From NCBI GenBank assembly GCA_035542075.1, contig DATKMD010000008.1, forward strand, positions 19,706 through 83,705: a DNA stretch of 64,000 nt, read 5' to 3'. The stretch comes from Thermoanaerobaculaceae bacterium. Its GTDB lineage: Bacteria; Acidobacteriota; Thermoanaerobaculia; Thermoanaerobaculales; Thermoanaerobaculaceae. Both the position numbers and the translations under genes were made by a program. Under the pieces are notes generated by a model, which was not told where the DNA came from, did not search any database, and worked only from the letters and a program-made list of their open reading frames with translations. Shown here in pieces: positions 56,232 through 64,000 of this stretch; position 1 is the stretch's first letter, and each line of letters starts with the position of its first letter.

Positions 56232-58754
56232 ATGAGACCGAGGGTTCGTGATCTGCTGATGTTTGGGCTGCTTGCCGTGGCGATGGCGGCGCCCGCCTGG
56301 GCCGTCAAGCCGGCGCAGCTGCCCGCAGCGTGGAAGACCTGGCTCGAGGACGAGGTGTACCCGATCATCAGCATGGAGGAGCGGAAGGCGTTCCTCGCGC
56401 TCGAAACGGAAGCCGAGCGCCAGGCGTTCGCCGACCGACTGTGGGACCTGTGGGCCCACGAGAGGGGCATGACGGGTCCGACGTTCCGCCGCGATTACCA
56501 GGAGCGTCTCGACGACTGCCGGACCGATTTCGGGAACACCAAGGAGGACCGGGCCCGGGTGCTGCTGCTCCACGGCCAGCCGGAAATCAGGAAGCCGATC
56601 GAATGCGACAGCATCTTCTGGCCGCTCGAGTTCTGGGTCTGGTCCAGGCTCGAGGGCATCGGCGACAACGTCGTGATTCTCTTCTTCAAGCCGTACGGCC
56701 TCGGCCGGTACCGGCTGTGGGACCCCATCAACGACGGACGCGCCGCACTCTACAACCCGACGGGCTGGAGCGAGCTCCAGGCCTGGGCGCGCGATCCCGT
56801 CATGTCCCAGTCGCAGGTGATGCGGCCCGAGATGAGGTGCGGCGACCAGGACATCCTGCGGGCGCTCGACATGGCCGAGTACTGGCTGAAGGACACGCGA
56901 ACCAAGATGGCACTGGAGCACGCGAGTCCGCCCGACACCGGAAACCAGGAATCGGCCGCCGCGCGCTTCCTGCAGTTCTCGACTCTTCTACCCAAGGACG
57001 CCACCGCGCTCGACCTGCAGGTGGCGACGGCGATCGGCGGCCGCCGTGGCAGCAAGGTGTCCGTGACGTTCTCGGCGGGAATCCCGCGCGCAGGCCTGGG
57101 GACGAGCAAGGTCGGGGACGTCGAGGTGGTTCAGCTTGACGTCACCGGCGAGGTGTCGCGCGACACGGTGATGACGGACCGCTTCAGGTACGCCTTCACG
57201 TTTCCGACGTCCGGTGCAGGCGATTTCCCGGTGCTGATCGAGAGGGAGCTGCGCCCCGGCAAGTACCACCTGCGGCTGAAGGTGCAGGACACGAACTCGA
57301 AGCACGCGGCGATGCGCGAGCTGGATTTCGAGGTTCCTGTTCCGGAGCTGGGGCCCGAGGCCACTCCCGACCTCAAAGCCGAGGACGCGATCAAACGAGT
57401 AGCCCAGGCACAGGAACCGACTCTTTCCCTGCAGGGGCCCGAGGGGGAGGGCGTCACGGGTGTCCAGAGGTTCACGGCGCTCGTGGGACCGAAGGTGACC
57501 AAGGTGCAGTTTCTCCTGGACGGCCGCGCGGTCCTGACGAAGAACCGGCCGCCCTTCGAGGTGGAGCTCGACCTCGGCCCACTTCCGCGGCTGGCCTCGA
57601 TCGTCGCGGTGGCACTGGACGGCAAGGACCAGGAGCTGGACCGCCGGCAGCTGGACATCAACGTCGGGAGAGAGCGGTTCCTGGTGAGGCAGCAACCGGT
57701 CGGCCCGGGGGATCGCAAGGGTGGCAAGGTTCACGTGTCGGTCACCGTCAACGTGCCCCCCGACCACAAGCTCTCCCGGCTCGAGCTCTACTGGAACGAG
57801 ATGCTGATGCAGACGCTATACACGCCTCCCTTCGAGGCCTGGCTGCCGGTCAAGGACGACGGCTCGATCGGTTACCTGCGCGCGCTCGCGGTGCTGGATG
57901 ACGAGAGGCAGGCGGAGGATGTTCAGTTCGTCAATGCTCCGCAGTACCTCACCGGCATCCAGGTGACCACCGTCGAGCTTCCGGTGACGGTGCTCGATAG
58001 CGGGGGGAAGCCCGTCGAGGGGCTGAAGCAGGGCGAGTTCGAGGTGAGCGAGGACGGGGTGAAGCAGACGGTCTCGTTCTTCGCGCGCCAGCAGGACCTC
58101 CCGATCCGGCTGGGGCTCGTGCTCGACTCCTCGGGCTCGATGGAAAAGACGCTGCCCGAGGTCCAGCGAGTCGTCGTGGGGTTCCTGCGTAACCTACTCC
58201 GCCCCCGCGACCGCGCGTTCGTTGAAGCGTTCAACGACCGCGCCACGATGCTCGAGGGTTTCAGTGCGGACTTCGGCGCGCTCGAGCGGGCGATGATCTC
58301 GCTGCGGGCGGACGGCGAGACCGCTCTCTACGATGCCACGGTATACGGGCTGTTCCAATTCTCCGGCGTGCGCGGGCGCAAGGCGATGATCATCTTGACG
58401 GACGGCGACGACAACGCGTCCCGGATGGATTTCGAGAAGACGCTCGACTACGCCCGACGGAGCGGGGTGACGATCTACACGGTCGGGATCGACCTCCCGA
58501 TCACGAAGGTGGGGATCCGCTCGCACCTCACGCGGCTGGCGCGGACGTTGGGAGGTGACTCGTTCTTCCTCGCCCGTGGCGCCAGCCTGGAGCCGGTCTA
58601 CGAACGTATCAACCGCGAGCTTCGCAGTCAGTACCTCCTGGCCTACACGTCGACTTCGGAGACGGCGCCGGACATCTTCCGCAAGGTTGCGGTGAAGGTG
58701 AGTCGCCCGAAGGTCGAGGTCAGGACGATCTCGGGCTACTACCCGGGCGGCTGA
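56232..58754 (+). CDS. Large secreted protein: GWxTD-like N-terminal domain, Ig/beta-rich middle, C-terminal VWFA-related VWA domain
   Basis: Signal peptide. WLEDEVYPIISMEERKAFLALETEAERQAFADRLW...DRARVLLLHGQPE. C-terminal LPVTVLDSGGKPVEGLKQGEF...LVLDSSGSMEKT (MIDAS), paralogous to 27932-28861. Confidence 0.7.
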   Translation: MRPRVRDLLMFGLLAVAMAAPAWAVKPAQLPAAWKTWLEDEVYPIISMEERKAFLALETEAERQAFADRLWDLWAHERGMTGPTFRRDYQERLDDCRTDFGNTKEDRARVLLLHGQPEIRKPIECDSIFWPLEFWVWSRLEGIGDNVVILFFKPYGLGRYRLWDPINDGRAALYNPTGWSELQAWARDPVMSQSQVMRPEMRCGDQDILRALDMAEYWLKDTRTKMALEHASPPDTGNQESAAARFLQFSTLLPKDATALDLQVATAIGGRRGSKVSVTFSAGIPRAGLGTSKVGDVEVVQLDVTGEVSRDTVMTDRFRYAFTFPTSGAGDFPVLIERELRPGKYHLRLKVQDTNSKHAAMRELDFEVPVPELGPEATPDLKAEDAIKRVAQAQEPTLSLQGPEGEGVTGVQRFTALVGPKVTKVQFLLDGRAVLTKNRPPFEVELDLGPLPRLASIVAVALDGKDQELDRRQLDINVGRERFLVRQQPVGPGDRKGGKVHVSVTVNVPPDHKLSRLELYWNEMLMQTLYTPPFEAWLPVKDDGSIGYLRALAVLDDERQAEDVQFVNAPQYLTGIQVTTVELPVTVLDSGGKPVEGLKQGEFEVSEDGVKQTVSFFARQQDLPIRLGLVLDSSGSMEKTLPEVQRVVVGFLRNLLRPRDRAFVEAFNDRATMLEGFSADFGALERAMISLRADGETALYDATVYGLFQFSGVRGRKAMIILTDGDDNASRMDFEKTLDYARRSGVTIYTVGIDLPITKVGIRSHLTRLARTLGGDSFFLARGASLEPVYERINRELRSQYLLAYTSTSETAPDIFRKVAVKVSRPKVEVRTISGYYPGG

Positions 58755-59893
58755 GCGGCCGGCGGGGGCTGGAGGATCTCGCAGAGGGCAGAGCTCCAGC
58801 CGGGGTCTAGCATGGAGCCCTGTCGATCGGTCAGCCACGCCACGGTGCTCTCGCGCGTGGTCAACCCCCTGGCTCCCCGGGCCGTGAAGAGGACGTCGAA
58901 GGTGTCGGCAACCGTGACGATCCTGGCCGCGGGGTGCGGACGTCGAGGGCGGCCCAGGCGGGGGTAGCCGGTGCCGTTGAAGTTGAGGTGATGCTCGGCG
59001 ACCACGATGAGGGCCACGGGAGGTAGCTGTCCGCTCGCGAGCAGGGTCTCGAGCCCCACCTTCGGGTGGTCGAGGAGCAACTCGATCTCGTCTCCCGCGA
59101 GCTCCGTCTCCCTGGCCTGCAATTCGCGGGGGTGGGAGAGCTTGCCGATGTCGTGCACGAGTGCGGCGAGACCCAGGTCGCGGCAGGCGGTGGTCCCGAC
59201 GTTGGCGAGGCGGGCGAGACCCATGGTCACGGCGGCCACGTTGTGGGCATGCACCGCGAACCACCGCTCCACGCCCTCCCACGGTGCCAGGTGGCGGACC
59301 GGGTCAGGGTCGCTTGCCAGCGCCTCGCCCAGCGAGCGGGTGACCCTCTCGAGATCCCCCACTGCTAGCTGTCGCCCTGCCATGACGTCCTCAAAACACT
59401 CCTGGACCAACGACACCCTGTCCCTGACGGTTGGCAGACGGCGCCCCCTCCGGCCCCCCTCCTTCGCGTCCGGGCCCCCCAGCTCACTCTCGGAGAGCTC
59501 GACTCTGCCGACCTGGATGTTCGGGTACGCGCTCACGGGCGCATCCTCGCCCGCGGCGAGCTCCTCGAGGAAAGACCGCAACTCCTCCGCCGTCACTCCC
59601 CGCCGGAAAGTGACGTGTTCGACCCCCCGTCGCCTGAGCCGCCGGATCAGCGCGGGCGCCTGGCGCGAGATTCGCGTGAAAGGCCGGCCCTGGACGAAGA
59701 GCTCTTCCCCGAGCAGCACGAACGCCAGCTCCTCCTCGCCAGCGAGCAGTTCCCCCAGCAGAGAGGTGAGCTTGCCGAGCGCCTGCGCGGCGTGCGGATG
59801 CGCGCTCCCGTAGAGCCCGACGGTGGTGGTCCCAGCCGCCAGCTCGGCAATAGTGGCCTGAACCAGCGCTCCCCAGTCCGCCTGCGGGCTCAC
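58739..59893 (-). CDS. HD-GYP domain protein (c-di-GMP phosphodiesterase-type) with an N-terminal domain shared with the upstream gene
   Basis: ALVHDIGK and EHHLNFNGTGYP. GTGA overlap with the upstream HEAT gene. 16-nt convergent overlap with the 56232-58754 gene. Confidence 0.8.
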   Translation of the reverse strand: MSPQADWGALVQATIAELAAGTTTVGLYGSAHPHAAQALGKLTSLLGELLAGEEELAFVLLGEELFVQGRPFTRISRQAPALIRRLRRRGVEHVTFRRGVTAEELRSFLEELAAGEDAPVSAYPNIQVGRVELSESELGGPDAKEGGRRGRRLPTVRDRVSLVQECFEDVMAGRQLAVGDLERVTRSLGEALASDPDPVRHLAPWEGVERWFAVHAHNVAAVTMGLARLANVGTTACRDLGLAALVHDIGKLSHPRELQARETELAGDEIELLLDHPKVGLETLLASGQLPPVALIVVAEHHLNFNGTGYPRLGRPRRPHPAARIVTVADTFDVLFTARGARGLTTRESTVAWLTDRQGSMLDPGWSSALCEILQPPPAAQPPG

Positions 59894-61983
59894 TCCTCCT
59901 CCTCGGGCTCGCGAGCGGTCTGCCTTGCCATCCGCACACCCTCCGCCACCGCCCGGTCACGGCTGCGCCCCAACTCGAGCGCCAGAGCGCGGGCCTCCGG
60001 GCCCTCGAGCATGGCGACCGCGGCGGCCGCCTCACGGCGCGCCGGTCCCAGGGAAAACGAGAATCGCCACTGTCGCATCGCCAGCACCTCGCGGAGTGCC
60101 GGCAGCGCGGCCGGATCACGCAGCCTTCCGAGTGCCCGGATCAGATCGACGCTGAACGGCTCCCGCAGCCGCCCGCCGATCCGGGCGGAGAGCCTCTCGA
60201 GGAGGGCGTTCACCACGTCAGGGTGGCGGATCCGGGAGGCGACGTCGAGCGCCACCCGGCGGCGTTCCTCGTCCGGGGAGTCGAGGCTCTGCAGCATGAG
60301 AGGGTACCAATCGGGGTCCCGCAGCTCGACCAGCGCCTTGAGGATCTCCGCCACCACCTTCGGCTGGGAGCGAGCCAGCCTGGACTTGAGCAGGCGCGGA
60401 GCATCGGGGTGGCCGAGCCGCCGCAGGAGAAACGCTGCGTTCCGCACCACGAACCAGCGCGGGTCGTCGAGCAGGGGAATGAGGTAAGGGAACGCCAGCT
60501 CACCCTGGCGGGCGACGACTTCGAGGAGGCGCTTTCGGACCGCCAGGCTCTCCTCGTCTGCGAGAGCGTCGAGGACCGCCGGCAGGGCGCTCTCCCCGAG
60601 GGCGACGAGCACCGCGCTCAGGTCGGCGTGGTGACTGCGATCGTAGGCCTTGAACGCGCGGATCGCCGCGGGCACGCCGGTTTCGCTCGCCACCCGGCGG
60701 GCCTCGGCATCCGAGGTGGCAGCGAGGAGGGGAGCCAGTCTCGCCGCCGTGGCGATGTCCCCGACCTCGAGCGCGGCAGCCATCTCCTCGGCGAGGCGCA
60801 ATGCGGCGCGCTTGGCTACGAGCTCCCCGGGCCAGAGGGTGATGACCTCCTGGAGCAGGCGGACCAGATGGAGCCTGACCTGCTCCTCACCGAGCTCGCT
60901 CAGCGACTCGCGGACCCATGCGGACCCTTCCCACCCGGTCGGGAGCTGCGCCCGGGCGGCCGCTGTCTGCAGCGCGTCGGAGTCCTGCGCGAGCGGGAGC
61001 TCGGCGAGCAGGCGGCGCGCGCGAGCCCCCACCTCCTGCGGCATGTCCGGGTTCTCGTCGGCGATCGGCGCGGCCATGCGGTGGAGTGCCCGCTGCACGA
61101 CGTCGGGAATCGGGAGTTGCCGGGCCAGCATCAGCTCGACCGCATCGAGGAAGAGCTCGGCCGCGACCCAGAGATCCCGTTCTCCCACCACAGGCAGGTG
61201 ACGGAGAGCGACCGCCACCGCGAGTTTCTGCCGCTCGGGATCCAGGAGACCAACCAGCTCAGTGAGAAACTCGCGGGTCTGGGCCAATGTCATCTCACGA
61301 CTGGAATCGGGGCCGGCCCGGACGATCTCACCGAGCTGGGCGAAGAGCCGGTCGAACAGTGTCTCGGGGTCGGTAACGGCGGGGAGCAGGTCCAGGACCA
61401 TGCCAGGCGTCAGTTCCCCTTCGTGAATCTTCCCGACGATGGGAAGGGCTCCGTCCCGCGCCAGACGCCCGGCGAGCTCCGCCCACACGGGTCGCGACCC
61501 GGGCGGCCGAGGCGGGGCATCGGGGGACACGAGCTGCACGCCGGAGAGGTCGAGCGGGACGAGTTCGACCCCGGTGAGCGAGCCGGCCCCCGCCAACAGG
61601 GACGCGCGCTCCTCCTCCTGGGGAGGCTCGTGCAGCGTTGCGATCCGGCCCACCAGGTCGGAGAGGCCATCGGACGCCTCCGGGAAGCGCAGCCGCAGGG
61701 CCGCAAGGCCCAGGTGGAACAGCAGCCCCACCAGCCTGGCGGCAGGAGCCGCCGGGGGCAGCGAGACCTTCTCCCCGTTCCAGAAGAGCTGATCGGGGCC
61801 GAACGACAGCACTGCTTCCTTCCCCTCGCCACCCAGGGCCTGCACCGTCGCGCGGATCCGCTCGCGGGCGGGCTTGAGGGCAGGGTGAGACGCCGGGTAG
61901 AGACGGAGGGAGCGGCGGAGGGCCTCGAGGTCGTTGAGCACCCTCACGAGGGCCCTGTCGAGGTCGGTGCCGGCCGCGCCCAT
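59890..61983 (-). CDS. HEAT-repeat protein (697 aa) with uncharacterised N-terminal and middle regions
   Basis: C-terminal HEAT units (LLDDPRWFVVRNAAFLLRRLGHPDA; SQPKVVAEILKALVELRDPD; EERRRVALDVASRIRHPD; LIRALGRLRDPAALPAL). Ends in EPEEEE. Confidence 0.7.
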   Translation of the reverse strand: MGAAGTDLDRALVRVLNDLEALRRSLRLYPASHPALKPARERIRATVQALGGEGKEAVLSFGPDQLFWNGEKVSLPPAAPAARLVGLLFHLGLAALRLRFPEASDGLSDLVGRIATLHEPPQEEERASLLAGAGSLTGVELVPLDLSGVQLVSPDAPPRPPGSRPVWAELAGRLARDGALPIVGKIHEGELTPGMVLDLLPAVTDPETLFDRLFAQLGEIVRAGPDSSREMTLAQTREFLTELVGLLDPERQKLAVAVALRHLPVVGERDLWVAAELFLDAVELMLARQLPIPDVVQRALHRMAAPIADENPDMPQEVGARARRLLAELPLAQDSDALQTAAARAQLPTGWEGSAWVRESLSELGEEQVRLHLVRLLQEVITLWPGELVAKRAALRLAEEMAAALEVGDIATAARLAPLLAATSDAEARRVASETGVPAAIRAFKAYDRSHHADLSAVLVALGESALPAVLDALADEESLAVRKRLLEVVARQGELAFPYLIPLLDDPRWFVVRNAAFLLRRLGHPDAPRLLKSRLARSQPKVVAEILKALVELRDPDWYPLMLQSLDSPDEERRRVALDVASRIRHPDVVNALLERLSARIGGRLREPFSVDLIRALGRLRDPAALPALREVLAMRQWRFSFSLGPARREAAAAVAMLEGPEARALALELGRSRDRAVAEGVRMARQTAREPEEEE

Positions 61984-61990
61984 CGTGCCC

Positions 61991-63346
61991 TCAGCGGTCC
62001 AGCGCCTGGAGGAGCCTGCCCAGCTCCTGCACGTCGGTCAGGGGAAGAAGCTCGACCCCTGTTTCGACGGGTGCCTTCGTGGACGCCGGCACGGCGCAGC
62101 GCGCGAACCCGAGCGCCCTGGCTTCCCGCAGGCGTTCGACGGGCCGGCTCACCGCCCGGATCTCGCCCAGGAGGCCCACCTCTCCGAAGAACGCCAGATC
62201 GGCGGGCAGGGGCCGGTCCGCACCCGAGGAGATCACGGCCGCCGCCACCGCGACGTCGAGGGCCGGCTCCTCCACGCTGACGCCGCCGACTAGATTGACG
62301 AAGACGTCGCGGTCGGCCAGCCTTCCGCCGGCCCGCTTCTCGATGACCGCGAGCAGCAGGGCGAGGCGGCCCGCGTCCACGCCCTGCGCCACGCGTCTCG
62401 GATTGGCGAGAGGCGAGCGGGAAACCAGGGCCTGGACCTCGACGAGGAGGGGAGTGGTCCCTTCGAGCACGACCGCGACCGCCGAGCCGGGCGACCCAGC
62501 ACGACGGTCCGCCAGCAGTACCGCCGAGGGGCTTGCGATCTCCTCGAGCCCGGTGTCGCTCATTGCGAAGAGGGCCAGTTCGAGCGCCGGGCCGAACCGG
62601 TTCTTTGTCGAGCGCAGGATGCGATGAGGGTGACCGCTGGCGCCGGAGAACTCCAGCACGGCATCCACCAGGTGCTCCAGGGCCTTGGGCCCGGCCACCA
62701 GGCCCTCCTTGGTGACATGCCCGACCAGCACCACGGGCGGCCCGTCGCGCTTGGCGAGCTCCAGTAGGTTGGTCGCCACCTCCCGCACCTGGCTGACGCT
62801 GCCGGGAACCGCGGGCACCCTCTCCGAGTACATGGTTTGCACGGAGTCCACCACCACGAGGGCCGGCTTCAACCGGCGTGCGGCAGCCACCACGGACTCG
62901 ACGCCCGGTTCCGCCAGCAGCAGAACGTGGTCGCTCGAGCAGCCCAGCCTCTGCGCCCTCAGGGCCACCTGGCGAGCCGACTCCTCGGCGCTCACGTAAA
63001 GTACCGGCCCGAGCTCAGGGCGCCGCGCCGCCGCCTGGAGGAGCAGGGTGGACTTCCCCACGCCGGGCTCGCCGGCCAGCAGGACGACGCTGCCGGGCAC
63101 CAGGCCTCCTCCCAGCACGCGGTCGAGACCCGCGATCCCGGTAAGAACCCGCGGCGCGTCCTTGAGCTCGGCAGCAGAGAGCGGAACCGGAGCAGGGACC
63201 TCGGTTCTACCTTTGCTCGTCGTGCGCAGCTCGACCGGGAGTTCCTCGAGCGTGTTCCAGCCTCCGCACGACGGGCAGCGGCCGAGCCACTTCTGCGAGC
63301 GCTGGCCGCAGGCGGTGCACTCGAAGGTCGCGCCCTCGCGCACCAT
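61991..63346 (-). CDS. radA: DNA repair protein RadA/Sms
   Basis: Zn ribbon CTACGQRSQKWLGRCPSCGGWNTL, Walker A GEPGVGKSTLLLQ, KNRFG and a Lon-like C-terminus. Confidence 0.95.
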   Translation of the reverse strand: MVREGATFECTACGQRSQKWLGRCPSCGGWNTLEELPVELRTTSKGRTEVPAPVPLSAAELKDAPRVLTGIAGLDRVLGGGLVPGSVVLLAGEPGVGKSTLLLQAAARRPELGPVLYVSAEESARQVALRAQRLGCSSDHVLLLAEPGVESVVAAARRLKPALVVVDSVQTMYSERVPAVPGSVSQVREVATNLLELAKRDGPPVVLVGHVTKEGLVAGPKALEHLVDAVLEFSGASGHPHRILRSTKNRFGPALELALFAMSDTGLEEIASPSAVLLADRRAGSPGSAVAVVLEGTTPLLVEVQALVSRSPLANPRRVAQGVDAGRLALLLAVIEKRAGGRLADRDVFVNLVGGVSVEEPALDVAVAAAVISSGADRPLPADLAFFGEVGLLGEIRAVSRPVERLREARALGFARCAVPASTKAPVETGVELLPLTDVQELGRLLQALDR

Positions 63347-63348
63347 CC

Positions 63349-64000
63349 CTACCTCGGGGCGGCCGCTGCCGCCGTGCCGAGCAGGTACTTAACGTCCTCG
63401 TCTCCCCAGGTGATGCCCGCACCGAGCAGGTAGGACGAACGCTGCGACCAGATGGGGTCGTCCCAACCCCCGAACGCGAACAGATTCTTGTTGAAGTACC
63501 AGCGGCCCTCGAAGCGGAGGTGCGGGGGCTTGACCTCCCGAGTCCAGTCGTAGGCCTCGAGCGTCAGCAGGAGCTTCCTCTTCGCGAGCGTCTGATCGAT
63601 CCCGATGCCGCCGGTGGACTCGAACAGGCCGGCCCGCAGCACCGTGTTGCTGTAGTTGTAGCCGACCTGGAAGTTGACCGAGTACGTGCTCGAGGTCTTC
63701 ACGATCGCCTGGGAGGTCGTCTCGGTATGGCCGTCGGGGTACAGCGTCGTGCGGGTCTCCGTCGAGGTGTAGACCCGCGGGAACGGGGAGTCCACGAACT
63801 CCAGGCGGAAGAACCGCTGGGGGCTCGTCGCCAGGTCGAACCCGATTGTGCTGCGGGAGTTTTCATGTCCGGAGAGTTGTGGCAGCGCCTCGCTTCGTAT
63901 GTTGATGTTGAGGCGCCAGCGCTCGGTCCTGCCGAGCGTGTTCTTGAGACTCTCCATGCCCCCCTCGGCAGACTTGAGGGCGGCGTTGAGGTTGTCGACG
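63349..64000 (-). CDS. Partial CDS (5' end outside window): C-terminal region of an MCE/MlaD-family-like envelope protein, tentative
   Basis: The frame stays open to the window edge (..VDNLNAALKSAEGGMESLKNTL..). The C-terminal FAFGGWDDP...LLGAGITWGDEDVKYLLG resembles tails of long MCE-family proteins, from memory only. Confidence 0.45.
   Translation of the reverse strand, partial: VDNLNAALKSAEGGMESLKNTLGRTERWRLNINIRSEALPQLSGHENSRSTIGFDLATSPQRFFRLEFVDSPFPRVYTSTETRTTLYPDGHTETTSQAIVKTSSTYSVNFQVGYNYSNTVLRAGLFESTGGIGIDQTLAKRKLLLTLEAYDWTREVKPPHLRFEGRWYFNKNLFAFGGWDDPIWSQRSSYLLGAGITWGDEDVKYLLGTAAAAAPR

Overview
GC-rich, very gene-dense chromosomal segment: about 60 protein genes with strong G/C third-position bias, many joined by ATGA/GTGA start-stop overlaps. 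It reads as core genome of a diderm bacterium. It is probably an Acidobacteriota member, inferred from two VWFA-related 'acidobacterial-type' VWA proteins and a GWxTD-like protein. I found no rRNA, tRNA, CRISPR array, transposase, phage block or integration cassette, and no compositional island. Content in order: (1) a DNA-damage neighbourhood of Smr, a nuclease-helicase fusion, a DinB-fold protein, an alkyltransferase-like protein and XerD; (2) an isolated nuoB-nuoCD-nuoI operon; (3) csp and a stand-alone EF-G paralogue; (4) purC and rpsT behind a complete tolQRA-tolB-pal-ybgF cluster, which is preceded by an FHA-RDD protein and an unknown 532-aa protein; (5) a tightly coupled hpt-ridA-yqeB-like-patatin operon; (6) ackA/hbd; (7) an envelope cluster (TlpA, OM barrel, VWA, Lpp-like OmpA lipoprotein); (8) an OPT transporter; (9) alr-larB-aroB, valS-birA-coaX, rlmD-like, comEC and miaA-hfq; (10) crp-pgsA-AI-2E permease-pepP; (11) nadA and an aromatic amino-acid decarboxylase; (12) midA and a GWxTD/VWA giant; (13) a HEAT-repeat/HD-GYP gene pair, radA and a partial MCE-type gene. 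No single classic novel system such as a defence island or BGC stands out. The strongest candidates for new biology are: the 532-aa unknown plus FHA-RDD module heading tol-pal; the HEAT/HD-GYP pair that shares an N-terminal domain; the PD-(D/E)XK-XPD/DinG fusion; the orphan complex I Q-module operon; the heterogeneous hpt-ridA-yqeB-patatin operon; and two structured intergenic regions (csp leader or sRNA-like unit, and a purine/pyrimidine hairpin before fusA). All functional calls rest on motifs read by eye in the supplied translations. No database search was run.
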